Of a stretch of DNA of 64,000 nt, positions 44,211 to 56,301 are shown piece after piece. Numbering within the stretch: the first letter of the stretch is position 1; each line of letters begins with the position of its first letter. A model generated the notes under the pieces. It worked only from the letters and a program-made list of their open reading frames with translations, made no database searches and was not told where the DNA came from. Made by a program: the position numbers and the translations under genes. The stretch lies in NCBI GenBank assembly GCA_020891255.1, contig BQFW01000012.1:2356001-2420000 (forward strand), in the 5' to 3' direction. This DNA comes from Entomortierella parvispora E1425 (taxonomy: Eukaryota; Fungi; Mortierellomycota).

Positions 44211-45812
44211 ATGCCCCGCGCCCTTGACATCCCAGAGATACGGGTGCAAATAGGGCCTTACTTGAGATGCTCTGCCTTGGCCAAGTGCGCTCTTGTCAGT
44301 CGTGCCTGGTACGCGACCTTTGCGCCGCAACTCTGGCGAGATAGCCATCTCGAATGGGACAAGAACGACAAACCTGACAACCCAGGACTTCAACTCATTC
44401 GCAAAAACTCGCCTTCTATCTGCGTTCTCAATGTCAAACTCTCCTATGGCCCCATCCTCCCTCTTTTACACTTTCCATTTGTACGCGACCTCACCGTTAG
44501 ACTCCCCTCGCAACATCTCTATCTCAGCCATTACGAGGATGCCGACCAAGACCCAAGCCCAAGAGGGGATCAGGACATTGCCGACTTTCTCATCCGACAC
44601 CAGCCGTCCAATGGCGGCCGAGTTTCAAAATTGCAAATTGATTTTGGACTGCACGGAGAGTCCACAACTCTGCTCTGGCCCACGATTACGTGCTGGAGGA
44701 ATCTGACCCTTTGTGAGATCAAGAATGGACGTGTTCGTCGTCAGGACTGGGACATGTGCTGGGAAATGTGGTCCGGGATTGAGACTCTCTATTTGGACTT
44801 TGTCCAGTTTGAAGAGGATGTGCATCTCTCTTCCGATGAACCAGGAGAAGGAGGGCCACCGGTGCGCGTCTATCCCTCAAAGACAAAGTCGCTACGACTG
44901 CAGACCATTGGTCTCCACTATTTGGATCAAATCCGATGGATCGAGCTCTGCCCTGATCTCGAACAACTGGATTGGAGATTGCCCCATGACGAGACTTCGA
45001 ACTACGCCGTCTTGGAATTGGAAGAGTGTCTGAAAAACGGCGCCTGTCCTCGGTTGACTCGATTGATTCTCGATTCCCCAAAGCCCCACTGCTTCTCCCT
45101 AGAGTCGACATTACCGGGGCTATTGCAAACTGCACAACCACTCGAGGTTCTCTCATTGGAGGGACGGGAGCTAGGCATGCCATTTTGGCAATCGCTGTCA
45201 GCGATGCAGTGGCAGAGACATTTTGCGACGCTGCGAGAGCTCACCGTCAATGAATCTGGAGTCATTGTGCAGCGAATGCTCTGTTCTTTGCCAAGTTTGC
45301 AAACGTTCCAGGCCAAGATGTTGTCTTTTTCAGACATTCTCGACTATAGACACCCCTGGCTTTGTAAAGACCTCAAGACCTTGACACTTTTTTTCGTTTT
45401 GGATACAAAACCTCCGACATCGTGGTTCGCCTCGGCTTTTAAAAACGGTCATTTACCCTCAGACTTCCCGTCCCTTTTGGATCAACAGGACCAAATATTT
45501 GATCGCTTGGCCGAGTTGACACAGCTGCAGACATTGGACATTGGCTGTCGTTCCTGGGAGGTTTACGATCCGCCTACGCTCGATTTCAGAGTGTCGTTGG
45601 GCTTGAAAAAACTGGGGGCCTTGAAACAACTGACGGCTCTCAAGTTCTTGCATACGAAGCAGGACCTTCAAGAAGAGGATGTGCAGTGGATGTTAAGTCA
45701 TTGGCCATGCCTGGACTACAAACTTGGGTCGTCCAGCCGCGATCGGGCTATGGAAGAACGGCTCAACTCAATGTTTCGACAAGCTGGAGTGGTTTCAAGA
45801 GCTTGCAAGTAG
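44211..45812 (+). CDS. F-box/RNI-like leucine-rich-repeat protein
   Basis: MPRALDIPEIRVQIGPYL...ALVSRAWYATFAPQLW followed by irregular LRRs (CPDLEQL, CPRLTRL, PWLCKDLKTL, LQTLDIG, VQWMLSHWPCL). Single exon. Confidence 0.85.
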   Translation: MPRALDIPEIRVQIGPYLRCSALAKCALVSRAWYATFAPQLWRDSHLEWDKNDKPDNPGLQLIRKNSPSICVLNVKLSYGPILPLLHFPFVRDLTVRLPSQHLYLSHYEDADQDPSPRGDQDIADFLIRHQPSNGGRVSKLQIDFGLHGESTTLLWPTITCWRNLTLCEIKNGRVRRQDWDMCWEMWSGIETLYLDFVQFEEDVHLSSDEPGEGGPPVRVYPSKTKSLRLQTIGLHYLDQIRWIELCPDLEQLDWRLPHDETSNYAVLELEECLKNGACPRLTRLILDSPKPHCFSLESTLPGLLQTAQPLEVLSLEGRELGMPFWQSLSAMQWQRHFATLRELTVNESGVIVQRMLCSLPSLQTFQAKMLSFSDILDYRHPWLCKDLKTLTLFFVLDTKPPTSWFASAFKNGHLPSDFPSLLDQQDQIFDRLAELTQLQTLDIGCRSWEVYDPPTLDFRVSLGLKKLGALKQLTALKFLHTKQDLQEEDVQWMLSHWPCLDYKLGSSSRDRAMEERLNSMFRQAGVVSRACK

Positions 45813-46148
45813 ATTTCAAAAGCTGCAATTTGGTACACAATAATAAAAATAACGGCTCCTATTGAGGTTGTTGGAAGATCGGATGCAAACTTGACCAGAG
45901 TTCCCTCTCGGCCATCTTCCGAGCCTTCATCTGGAGGCGTCTGCCCAAAAATGTTGACTGGAAGCCAGTTTAGCACAAGTCTGTTTTGAAACTATTTTAT
46001 TCATTCTTCGAGTTCTTCAATAAAAAAAAAGCTATGGATCTTTGGGCCTACTCTCGGTCAACTGTCCCTCTTCTCGAAAGAAAAGGGCCAAGCTGTGCAG
46101 GGCGCGCCAACGAGCAGGCGGCAGGCCATCGCACCCCAATAATATTGG

Positions 46149-46217
46149 CATGTCAATAAATTGACATGGTTTTGTCAGTCATGACTTTTAATGTCAATGA
46201 AAGACCTGTAATTGTCA
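46149..46217. promoter_or_regulatory. Cluster of TGACA/TGTCA motifs with a perfect 9-bp inverted repeat and a 10-bp palindrome
   Basis: catgtcaat-aa-attgacatg at 46149-46168, agtcatgact at 46177-46186, and five TGTCA/TGACA copies within 70 bp. Function is inferred only. Confidence 0.3.
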
Positions 46218-47101
46218 GAGACAAACAATAGATTCAGATTCAGGTTGTATTGGGAGAACCCCACGCGAGTGATAGTGCCTGACTATGGGGTGTGTTGATT
46301 GGCAGCGCAAGAAAACATACCGCCCAGACATGTAAGAGCTACGCTCCCGCTTCATCATCTGCAGAAACATAACTCGAACACCTTGATCTCTCCAAGCATC
46401 TCCGTCAAATAACGCACTATCGACAAAGGCACTGTCCCCTACTCGCAAAAAAGCAAGTAAAAGAAAACGCACCAGCTGCACGGGCTTTTCAATGCAAAAC
46501 TTTGCCCTCATAGCCGGTGGGAACTACCTTCCTTCTCATCCAACGACGCGTCAAGGATAACAGACCCTAAATGCTCCGAGACGACGACCGAAAAGACTTC
46601 AAACGAAAGCGGGCAGAACTCCGTAAAATCAGAAGATACTTGAATCACAACACAGCCAGACATATCCCCACCCGACTTGCTATCCCCGAACGTCTCGCAG
46701 CGTAGTCACAAGCCAGTGGGAGAAGGGGAAATGTGGCACAGGCGTCTGCCGCCGACCAAAGGTTTTGAGTACCCCCCATCACCTTCGAGAGGAAACCTCA
46801 ATGACGGGTTGCTGATTGATGCAACGCGTTGAAATCAACTTTTCCCTCAAGCGGTACTAGTCTCATTGACCTCAACTCCTCCTTTCGCTGGCCTTTGAAG
46901 AATAAAAGCCAAGAGAAATTCAATTGGAGACCCTCATTCCATGTCCAGAGTCATGACAACAGGAAAATGTAAACAGCGTTCACATGGAATCAGGAGAGGA
47001 ACACCACCTGCACTCCCAAGACCCGACGTGTCCATTAGGTCTCTTTTCCGCATGCCAGAGAGACATTTAGGGGATAATGCTCTCGTTCTGCACTTGGAAC
47101 G

Positions 47102-47653
47102 TCACTTAAATGGCCGGTCCTTCCCCACTGCATACCCCTTCAATGATGACTGCGCACAGTACCAGCCTCTCGACGAGAGCCACTTATACTTACCTCGATA
47201 CTTGCAGGCCATGGGCAGGTGAAAGAGGAGGAACAGTGGCAACTCGCGAAGGCGCAGTCGTTTTTGGCACTTGCCACCAGAATTCAAGCCACCCAAAATT
47301 TGAATTTGAATTTGACAGGGTCCAACCTGTCTGTGCGGGTCGTTCATTGAACAAGTGGCCCATCCTGATCAAGATATTGCTGCTGTCCAACGTGGCAATG
47401 GACGGGGGTCATCATATGGACCGCAAGAAATCCCCATATCCAAGATCTCCAGCCCCTCACTCATTCGTCGTGGTCCGCACAGGATAGTCTTGGTTTTCAA
47501 CTTCAAATGGTCACTGGCCACATCCAAGGCGCTTGTGTGCAAACTCGGTGGACCGGTGGGAGGCCAGGGACTTTCAGAACGGACTCGATACGTGATACCT
47601 GAGTTGATTTGATGCCACCCAAGGCGGTGACAACTCTTTCGCAGCAGCAGCAA
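47102..47653 (-). pseudogene. Probable decayed C-terminal fragment of an F-box/RNI-like gene
   Basis: ORFs 47369-47653 and 47102-47347 lie in one frame separated by a single TGA. The translation (SPW...LEILDMG...ILGGL...RLRLREL...KWLSSRGW) parallels the C-terminal motif order of the neighbour at 44211. Confidence 0.4.
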
Positions 47654-47823
47654 CTTCTGAGGGCCAGAGAAACAAAGATTAAAGTGGGATAGTCATGGTC
47701 ATCGAACAATTTTTATTGTTCTTTTGCAAAGCCAGAGATCCTTGTTTTGAAGATTCTGTGATGAAAAGTCAAAGCTGATGGAACAATCGATTCTTGAAAA
47801 GAAGGCGGCCATCGGCTCATTCT

Positions 47824-48534
47824 TCAATACACAATGGGGGAGGGCATCTGTTCCTCCGGAGTCGCCTCGCTGAATGGGATGGGTCCCGACGAGTAGCAGA
47901 TGGGATCCGTGGCAGGAGCACTGAGAGCCAGGGTGTGGCAAAAGCGCCCATGGTTCTCCAAATCGTTCGTCTCGCATGCAGTGGTGCAATAAAAAGCCTG
48001 TTTGCACCTGTTGCACCGGCGAATGCAGAATACTCCGCACTTGCTGCAGACCCGTTGTGCTGCAATGGACCCATGGGCTTCCAATATGGATGCCAGCGTG
48101 CAGGGAACAACATGGACAAGGTCTGGTCGTTTGTGAACCAACACCGCCGGCGAAAAATTGAACTGACCACTGTTGATCCAACGCTGGTAAGCATATCGAA
48201 CAAAGACGGTGCTTCCGTTCCTCAAAAGGGGAACGATGCTCTCTCCGGAATAGGCCTCGTTTTCCTGAATACAGAGGAAGGCGTCGTTGCCATCACGGTC
48301 TTTGATAGAGAAAAACCGACATGGATCGGTGGGTGGGAGGGTGTCGTTGGTGATCTCGGCCATGAAGGACCAGTGATGTTCTCGGGTCGTGGGAGGATAG
48401 AGGATAGCTTCCTCGGGCACCCAGTCAGGGAGAGCGCTGAACAGGAAGAGCAGCCTCCAGTACATGAGCGTTACTCCATCGCCATCCAGCTGCCTATAAG
48501 ATGGAAAGTGCTGATGTTCAAGGACAAGGCTCAT
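47824..48534 (-). CDS. Fungal MYND-type zinc finger protein with N-terminal beta-rich domain
   Basis: HWSFMAEIT...IKDRDG...GSTVFVRYA followed by CSKC...RCNRCKQAFYCTTACE...HGRFC. Confidence 0.8.
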   Translation of the reverse strand: MSLVLEHQHFPSYRQLDGDGVTLMYWRLLFLFSALPDWVPEEAILYPPTTREHHWSFMAEITNDTLPPTDPCRFFSIKDRDGNDAFLCIQENEAYSGESIVPLLRNGSTVFVRYAYQRWINSGQFNFSPAVLVHKRPDLVHVVPCTLASILEAHGSIAAQRVCSKCGVFCIRRCNRCKQAFYCTTACETNDLENHGRFCHTLALSAPATDPICYSSGPIPFSEATPEEQMPSPIVY

Positions 48535-49319
48535 CGTGCGTCGCGAGTCGTAAAGAGTGAAGAGCAGAGCAGTAGGAAAGTGAGCAAAAGATCGTTGTCA
48601 ACATGGTCACACACGCGCACCCACCGAGATCAACAAATGGCTTAGGAAAAGAAGGTTCTCTAGAAACGCCATCGATGGACTTCAGACTATGTTCGTGGGT
48701 CTCGATCATTCCTTGACAAGGCAGCGCACGAGCAACGGGCAAGTGCAGGTACGAACAAAGCATGTTGCCTCTTGCCACTGACTCTTCCTCGGCAGTATCA
48801 TACATGGTATATGGTATATCGATCGTTCTTTTATTTGTTTGTTTGCTTGCATGCATGCGACATTCCTTGAGCAGGGGGACAGGGATCGTCAGTTGTCCTG
48901 TTGGACAAAGGGAAAAAAACAACAAAAAAACAAGCTGCCACACCTACGACCATAACCCCACCATGACAAAACGCGAAGGCGCAGGCTTCGATCTGATTCC
49001 CTCCCAACCCGCAACCGTAGTGCCTTCCTTGCACCCCTTTCTTACACTTTTTCTTTCTTCTCCTTGGCAAGTAGGAGACAAGGCGAACGAAAGAAGGGAA
49101 AAAAAGAACTGTATCACACTACCACGAACCCCCTTCCATACTCATTATACCATTGCATCCCTTCTGCCCTCTGTCTCCGTTCCTGCTTCTCTTAAACTCC
49201 AACGAGGGTTTTTTTGATCCTTTTGCGTACCTTGTTTCTTTACTGCCAGTCAGCCTGCCTTCTTTTTTTTTTTTTTTTTCTTCTTTTTTTCATTTCTCAC
49301 ATCTCAACCTCCTTCAACA

Positions 49320-51525
49320 ATGTCAGCTTCATACACACCGTTGAGTCAGCGCCCTTCCAATCACCGGGCAAGATCCATCGATGACCTCGAGAGTAATACC
49401 TCGAGCGAAGATGGCTGCTCCACCACATACGAAAAGCCCTATCAAATGACCATCCCCCAAAAACAGCTCGCAGGGTTTCTTGCATTTGTTTGGTGCGTCT
49501 GCGTCTGGATTGCCCTCAAAGTCATGGTAATGATCCTCGGGATGCCTGTTCATCGTATACAACAAACAGGCCCTGCACGTTTCCCTCTCCCTAACAGGTA
49601 TCTGGCTCTTTGTTTTTCTTTTATCACCGAAAAAATAAACCACGATAGGAGACATCGGCGTCCAGGAATCAGAGCCCATTGCTGGCATCCACCAACGCTC
49701 TTCTTCACACGTCGGATCTTTTTCATGATTTCACAGTACCCTTATTGGAGATTGTTAACAGGACCCACTTGACCCATATGAGATGCGGAACAGGATCTCT
49801 ACCGCCTCATCTACTTTACTTTCTCGCCAATGGACTCACAGATATGAAAGCGGTGCAAGGAGAGACTGCAGAGCCAAGCAGCACCGACGACGAGTACCCG
49901 AGTGATTCCATCGACGATAAGGAGTCAGAGACAAACGGAAAAGACGATGAGCAGAATGACGTCGTGCGGACGGGATCTCCAGGAGCTTCTCCGCGCCGAT
50001 ACCTGTTGGTGTTGTCGGTGCAGGATGCAGAGTTGGTCCTCCCTGATTTGTTGATTCGGATTATGGAAGTGATTGCAATCCTGGGGCCAGAGAATTGTCA
50101 TTTGTCCATTGTGGATGAGGGGTCGCAGGACCAGACGGGGCCCCTCCTGGCCTTGTTTGGTGAATTGGTGGAAAAATTCAACAGGGGCGCATTGCAGGAT
50201 GCGTTGGGGAATGGCCCCAGCCAAGGAAATCAGGAGAAGCTGCAAGGGATGGGGAGCAGGAGACAGGGCAAGCTGGTGTATACCCTCACGACGGTGTCCT
50301 CGCGTGATCCCTCAAAAGAGAATCCAGAGACGGAGATTATTCCAATCGGCCTGGAACCCTTGCTGCAACAAAAAGACGCCTTGGCCTTTGACCGCGTCGT
50401 GCTCTTGAGCCCTGTCTTGACTTGTGCAGAGGACATCTTGGAGATGATTTACCAAAGCCATCTTCAAGACTCGGAGATTACCTGCGGAATGGACATTAAC
50501 GAGGATGACGGTGCCCCCAATCCCGGAAAGGAGAAGGGAGCACATTTTGTGTATGACAGTGTAAGTTGGACCAGGGGGGGATTTTTTTTTTTTGGCTCTT
50601 TGATCCTCAGAAACGTCCATGATCGTCCAGTTCCCTTACACCCCAACTTCTATCTTGTCCACAGTCTGCAACGCGAGACTTGGCTGGGCAGCCATTGTTT
50701 GTAGAAGATACGTTCCCAATCGCAGATCAAGAGATTTACGACCGATTCCAGAAACGACTTCCTTTCCAAGTCGAATCCTGCTGGAGTTCTGTCGTTGTGG
50801 TCAAGAGTTCCTCACTTTTGAAGACGGTACCATCGACGACGCTGGCCGACGAAGGCGAAGAGCCATGTTCACTTGACCGACGATCCATGTTTTGTCAGCA
50901 GCTTTGGGGCATGTCTCCTTTGCCTTCACCATTTATTCCGGGAGAGGATCTCGTAGCACCCAACTTGCCCCCTTCGGAAACCCAAGAGGACAACAGCAAT
51001 GGCATTGCCAAGATCATCATTGTCCCTTCAATCTTATTTACATCCACTGCAAAGAACTACGCGCGCCTGGGCCTCTTTAACGGTTGGGGACTCTGGCCTA
51101 AAACCGAAAAGCGGTACAGAGATGATCAAGAGAACAAGATCCAGGCCGCAAGTCGCCGACCCCTCTATGGCTATAGGCCCTCCACTGCCAACTATGGATA
51201 CATTCCCCGCGACGAGGAAGCTCAAGTCGATGACGAGCATGAGCAAATTTCAGAGATGGACACGTTGTTGAACGAGATTAATAGTGGCTCACTCACTGAA
51301 TCGATGTCAGCATTGGCCGTTGCGATCCAAGAGGGAAGACTCTCCGAGACAATCATACCCTTGCTGAGGGAACGGTTGGAGTCCATCAATGCTGTCTTTG
51401 GAGTCCAGGACATCCAAGAAGCAATGTTCATCAAGCAAGAGACTGAGCGGATCCAACAATGGAGACCCCGGTCCGTCCCGCAACCTTCCACTTGCTCAAC
51501 AGATGTCACCTCAAGCACGCAATAA
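49320..51525 (+). CDS. Glycosyltransferase family 69 (CAP59/Cmt1-like) protein with divergent motifs; 3 exons
   Basis: Exons 49320-49526, 49649-50560 and 50665-51525, all phase 0. N-terminal TM. Motifs LGPENCHLSIVDEGSQDQT, FDRVV...CAEDILE, TCGMD, YD..TRD..G and PFQVESCWSSVVV. Confidence 0.8.
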
Positions 51526-51707
51526 AATGGTGGTTCAATGATCACTTTGTACAATTTTTCTTCATTTTATTTTTTCAGCTTGAAGAAACCTTTTTTTCTT
51601 CTTCTTGAGGGGTGAGGGGTGAGGCGTGGGAGAGAGATAGAGAGGCGACATGCAGGGTAAAAAAGTAGAGTGGGGGAGTTTGTTTGTTTGGGAATAATGG
51701 GGTTCCT

Positions 51708-52467
51708 TTAAATCTTGGTGGTCGTGATGGGGATATTGTCCTTCAACGCGTGGGTGAACGGGCAAATCTCATGAGCCAACTTGACAGCCTTGTCAAAATC
51801 CGCGCCTTCCAATCCCGTCTTTGCCACTCGAAGCTCTACTGCCAACTGGAATCCCTTGGGCTTGGGTCCAATGCTGACCAGACTGGTGATGGTGGTATCG
51901 GCTCCCAACTTCAACTTCAATTCATTGGCTGCCACACCCAATGCGCCTCCAAAGCAGGCTGCGTACCCACCTCCCAAAAGCTCCTCGGGGTTGGTGCCAG
52001 GTCCACCTACAGTGAAAAAAAGAAGTGGAAAATGATAAGTGGTAATCCAAACGTCATTCGAAGTTTCATGACAAGAAATCTCATGTGTCTAGTCAGACGA
52101 TGACAGGTAGCAATTACCCTTAGTGCCAAACTCCTTGGGCATGTTAAGGTGAAGATCCAGGCTTCCGCTCTTGGTAGTGAGGTGGCCGTTTCTATCAATT
52201 GATCAATTTATAGGAACAGGGTCAGCGTGGGAAAAGCGATCCTTGTAAAAAAAAAAACGTCCCTATATCCTCGATGCCAAACTCTGTAGGAAGCATCCAA
52301 AAACTCCTAATCCACATCTTTTGGACCTATTCTTACCTAGCACCCTTGACAGTTGACTCTGCAGTGTAGATGGGCTTGAACGAGAGCTGACGAACAGCCA
52401 TGGTGGCGACAGGGGCGGCGAAACGAAGACGCGCAGCGGGGCGAATGGCAGACTGAAGAAGGGACAT
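51708..52467 (-). CDS. ohr: Organic hydroperoxide resistance protein (Ohr/OsmC family) with mitochondrial-type presequence; 3 exons
   Basis: Exons 52467-52337, 52191-52118 and 52006-51708. Motifs YTAESTVKGARNG, PKEFG, TNPEELLGGGYAACF and AHEICPF (two catalytic Cys). Arg-rich, acid-free N-terminus. Confidence 0.9.
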
Positions 52468-53199
52468 GGTATCTGATTGTGTATGAGAAGTGTAAAGTTG
52501 GGGTAATAGGGAGCTAGATCTGTGCTGATGAGAGTGAGATTGTCGAGAGAAAAATGGCCTTGAAGAGAGTTGAAGTTGAAAGAGAAGATGCAAGAAAGAG
52601 GAGGCCTTCAACGATGCGTTTTTATGTCAACGCGCAACATGCGATTGGCAGTCACCTCATTTTGCGCTCGTGGCTCGGGCCGTCGTTGAATCGATCGGGA
52701 GGCTCTCCATCCGCCTTGTCGCAAATCGCAAATCTGGCCCCAGAAAGGATGCTGGTTGCACGCACTCTTTCTTCGATCATTGGTTGCATATTCTTCCCAT
52801 GACGCATATTTGCGAAAGGCTGCGCAGTTGCTGTCTACGAGAACCGTCTCGGTAACATACTCCTAAGCTCTTATGATGTAGTTGACATATTGTGGAACGG
52901 AACAACTTGTTTTCATCTCTCTATCAAGAGGCGGATCTTTTAATACGAACACAGTAGGGAGAAAAAAAAAAAAAGAGTCGACACGGAATGCAATTAACGT
53001 AGACATGGAGATATGAAAATGGAATGCAAAAATGTCGAAAGGATATGGTATGAGAAATGTGGTATCAAGTAATAACAATGTGCGGGATAAACAAGAGCTT
53101 CAATGAGCGTCATCGGTCTCTGGCGCGAGTTTCTACGATCGATCCATGGAGGCCATTGCACGCCACTCCAAGCCCGCTCGTGGGGTTCTCCTACTTCCT

Positions 53200-54690
53200 T
53201 CAATAGAACTCTGCTCCGTCTTGTTGATCAGCACTCCACTCAGGTTGTCTCCAGGGCACAGTGTTGTTCAGTTTTGCAGATGCGGAATCCATTTGTCCAG
53301 CCTTCTTGCCCTTGGGCTTCGATCGGATCATCTTGTAGTACATCCGCTTTTCGATCTTGGCCTGCGTCCTTGCCTCGCGGGTGTCCTTTCTTTCAGCCTC
53401 GGCCTTGTCCTCGGCTCTGAAATCACTGATGTGCTCCTGTGGAAGGGGCTCGTTCAAGGTGATTGTCTGAAACTTTTCGGGCTTCTTGGAGGCAGGTCTG
53501 AACATGTTGAAAATGCAACCACGTTAGTAAGTGGGGAGGGTCTTTTTGGTTTCTCTTCTCACGAACAGGGGAGCAGGGGAAGAAATTGGGGATAGGGGAA
53601 GGAAGAAGCCATCAAAAGGGGCTTTCCCTTCTCCATTGATATTGAAAAGCTGAGAGGGTGAAGCTCAAACTCAATTGTCCGAACAAGGGTTGGTCCGAGT
53701 GCTCCAAACAATGTTACGGCAGGGCGCAGTGCGAGATTGTCCCTGGGCGAGTTTTTTTCGTCCACTCTTTGGGTGTCTTTCGCTCCACATGGGAAGGGAG
53801 GACAAAGAAACCATCAACAAACAAGCGAGAAAAAAAAGTTTTTGTATCTTTTTCACTCACCCAACTTGGCTCAAAGACTCCAATGGATCCTCTCCGTTAC
53901 CCCGAAGGATGGTATCGACGTAAATCTTGCACCAATTCTTTTTCCTATCAGCCCGCTTCATGACCTTGACTGTCGTGCCGGACGAGAGCGTCTTTCCGGA
54001 AGCCTCCTGCTTCTTGACCAGCAGTCTCTTAGCCTGCTTCGAAATCGGCGTCCCATTCTCATCCCCGTATCCGCCATAGGAAGAGCTCGACATATTGGAC
54101 GAAGTCGATGAGTTGGAGAAAGACCGCATCATCTGCACGCTCCGGTGCTCTTGCTCCAGCTTCTTGAGTTTGTACCATTCCAGTCGCTTCTTAATCTCGG
54201 CCTCCTCGGTCTTGACGAGTTTGAACCAGACCTCGTTCATCTCTTGACCGAGAACAACAAAATTGTAAAACGTTCGAGAGAGCTCAGAGATGACGAGCAT
54301 CTGGAAAGGAGGAAGACGAGCGAGGATGGCCTGAAGGACAGTGGCGGGTAGGATGGAAAAGTAGTCTCTCTTCTTTTTCTTTTTGCGTGGGGTTTCCACG
54401 AGAACCACTTCACTTCCTCCAGCGGTCGCTTCCTCGGTATCAGACTCGAGAAGTTCAGAGCTGTCGTCTGAGAAATCGAATTCCGACTCGAGCTCGGAAT
54501 CTGAATCGGCAGGCTGCGCATCGGAAGCCAGGCGAACGGTTGCAGTGGTAAGTGGGGAAGAGTGGTGAGGGTGTGTAGAGGAGGCATGAGTCCCATTGTC
54601 GAGAGCTGGAGTTGAGGAGGGAGCATGTGTCCCTATTCCTGCGGTGGTGGGGCCTGTCGGTGAGGGCATTGCTTCAACTAGGTGTGGCAT
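53200..54690 (-). CDS. F-box domain protein; 3 exons
   Basis: Exons 54690-53861, 53742-53563 and 53497-53200, both junctions phase 2. F-box-like DYFSILPATVLQAILARLPPFQMLVISELSRTF. The separate ORFs 53200-53505 and 53559-53765 are explained as exons. Confidence 0.65.
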
Positions 54691-54926
54691 AATATGTTTG
54701 ATTTCAAATGAGAGTGTGGGCAAGGTGGACGAGAAATGTGAGGGAGGAAATGAAGGAGACATGACAAAAAAAAGAGAAAAAAAAAGAAAAAAAAAAGGCC
54801 CAAAGAGGACATCCAAAGTGGAAAAAAAATCCTTTGTTGTCACGTCCCCACGCACATGCCTTTTTTTTTCTTTTTGATCCGTATCAGTGTTTGTTTGTAC
54901 AAATACATTATCCTTTATTGCAGGAT

Positions 54927-56301
54927 TTACGAGAACCGAGAGGGTCTGGCCGGTTTGCTGGAAGAAGGGCTGTCCACGTCCATCGGTGTCGACGCAGCTT
55001 TCCGCTGACGTGCCAGATATGGTTCCACCTCCTCGATCCGCAAAGGCAGATCTGGGATAGGAAGGGTTTTATAATACAGGGACTTGATGTGTCCCGCGAT
55101 GTTTTCGATGTCCTCCAGATTCGAATCCAGTACCTCCCACCATGCAGGGTTCGTTGGAAGTCGCACGCCCGCTTCCCTGGCCGCTAACCAGATGACACTG
55201 GCAGCAATGGTCGGTGGTTGGTAGCAAATATATACACTCGTCCTCAGTCTAAAAAAAATAGAACCGATCAGCTACTTTTTCTTTCTACTTGACAAATTGG
55301 ACAATAAAACATCGACCTAAACCCTACCCGTCGTTCAGAAAACTCCATGCCCGCTGAGGAATCGTAGAATGGTCCGTCAGGTCTAGCACTCTTAGGTAAT
55401 TAACCATGATGGCGTAAGGAAGCTGCACATGAACATTGAACGCCAATTTCTTTAGGATTTGCATCTCGGCAATGACGGTTGCATTCTTCAGATCGTAGAA
55501 CTCCTAAAATGACAAAAGATAGGCGTTAAGTTAGTTATAGAGCTTTCTCCCCCTTGACTTTCTCAATCTCTGCCGTCATTCATTGAGAATAATATGTGCC
55601 CTTTTTGTGCCTGTCGTGCTTTTGCATTTTTACCTGACCAAACTGTGGGAGTGGATCCAATGCCTTCCGCCTGAACTTTTTGCACAGGTGATCAATTACA
55701 TTGATCAGGTCCGATAGTCGACAAGGGCACTCTTCTACTTTGGCCGCCAAGAATATTGATCCCATACTGATATCCTATTATCCATTGAAGTCCGAGTGCA
55801 TGCGATGAGGAGTGAAAATAGGACAATATTAGAACGGCTGAGCTGGTTACGTCGCTTTGAGAATAACAACATTCAAATTAGATACATACCCGAACAGCGA
55901 ACTTTTGGAGAGAAGCCTGGTAAAAGAAGCGCTGGAACAAGATCTGAGCTGTCGCCATGGCTACTTGAGGTCTAAAAATGGTCGAAGAATAATCTCGTAC
56001 TGTCAACCGCTGTTCCTGAAAGTGAAAGCCGCTGCTTCATTTGACATTCAGACGCAATTGCTGGTAGCGATTTGCATCACTTCTGCAAATGCTTATTGTC
56101 TCTGATTTGCAACTCTTCCTGGCCATGTCGTGGATTGGCTTACAGTTTCATGAGCATTCCTGCCGTCTGGATCAAATGGCATCCTAGTTGGCGAAGATTG
56201 TCTTCCTGTTCCTCTGAAATGCCATCTGCTCGTGAAGGTGTTTGCTGCAGTTGCTCAAGGGTTAGAAGCGCGTTCTGCAGCGACAGCTTGTTCTCGGCCA
56301 T
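54927..56301 (-). CDS. Cyclin L-like transcriptional cyclin; multi-exon
   Basis: MAENKLSLQNALLTLEQLQQTPSRADG...[70 protein letters not shown] and LPTNPAWWEV. Confidence 0.88.

Noticed and set aside
47794-48645. 283-aa plus-strand ORF
   Set aside because: Antisense to the MYND gene, which has the recognisable domain.
53200-53765. Stand-alone small ORFs 53200-53505 and 53559-53765
   Set aside because: Better explained as exons 2 and 3 of the upstream F-box gene, given branch-point and acceptor signals and matching phases.
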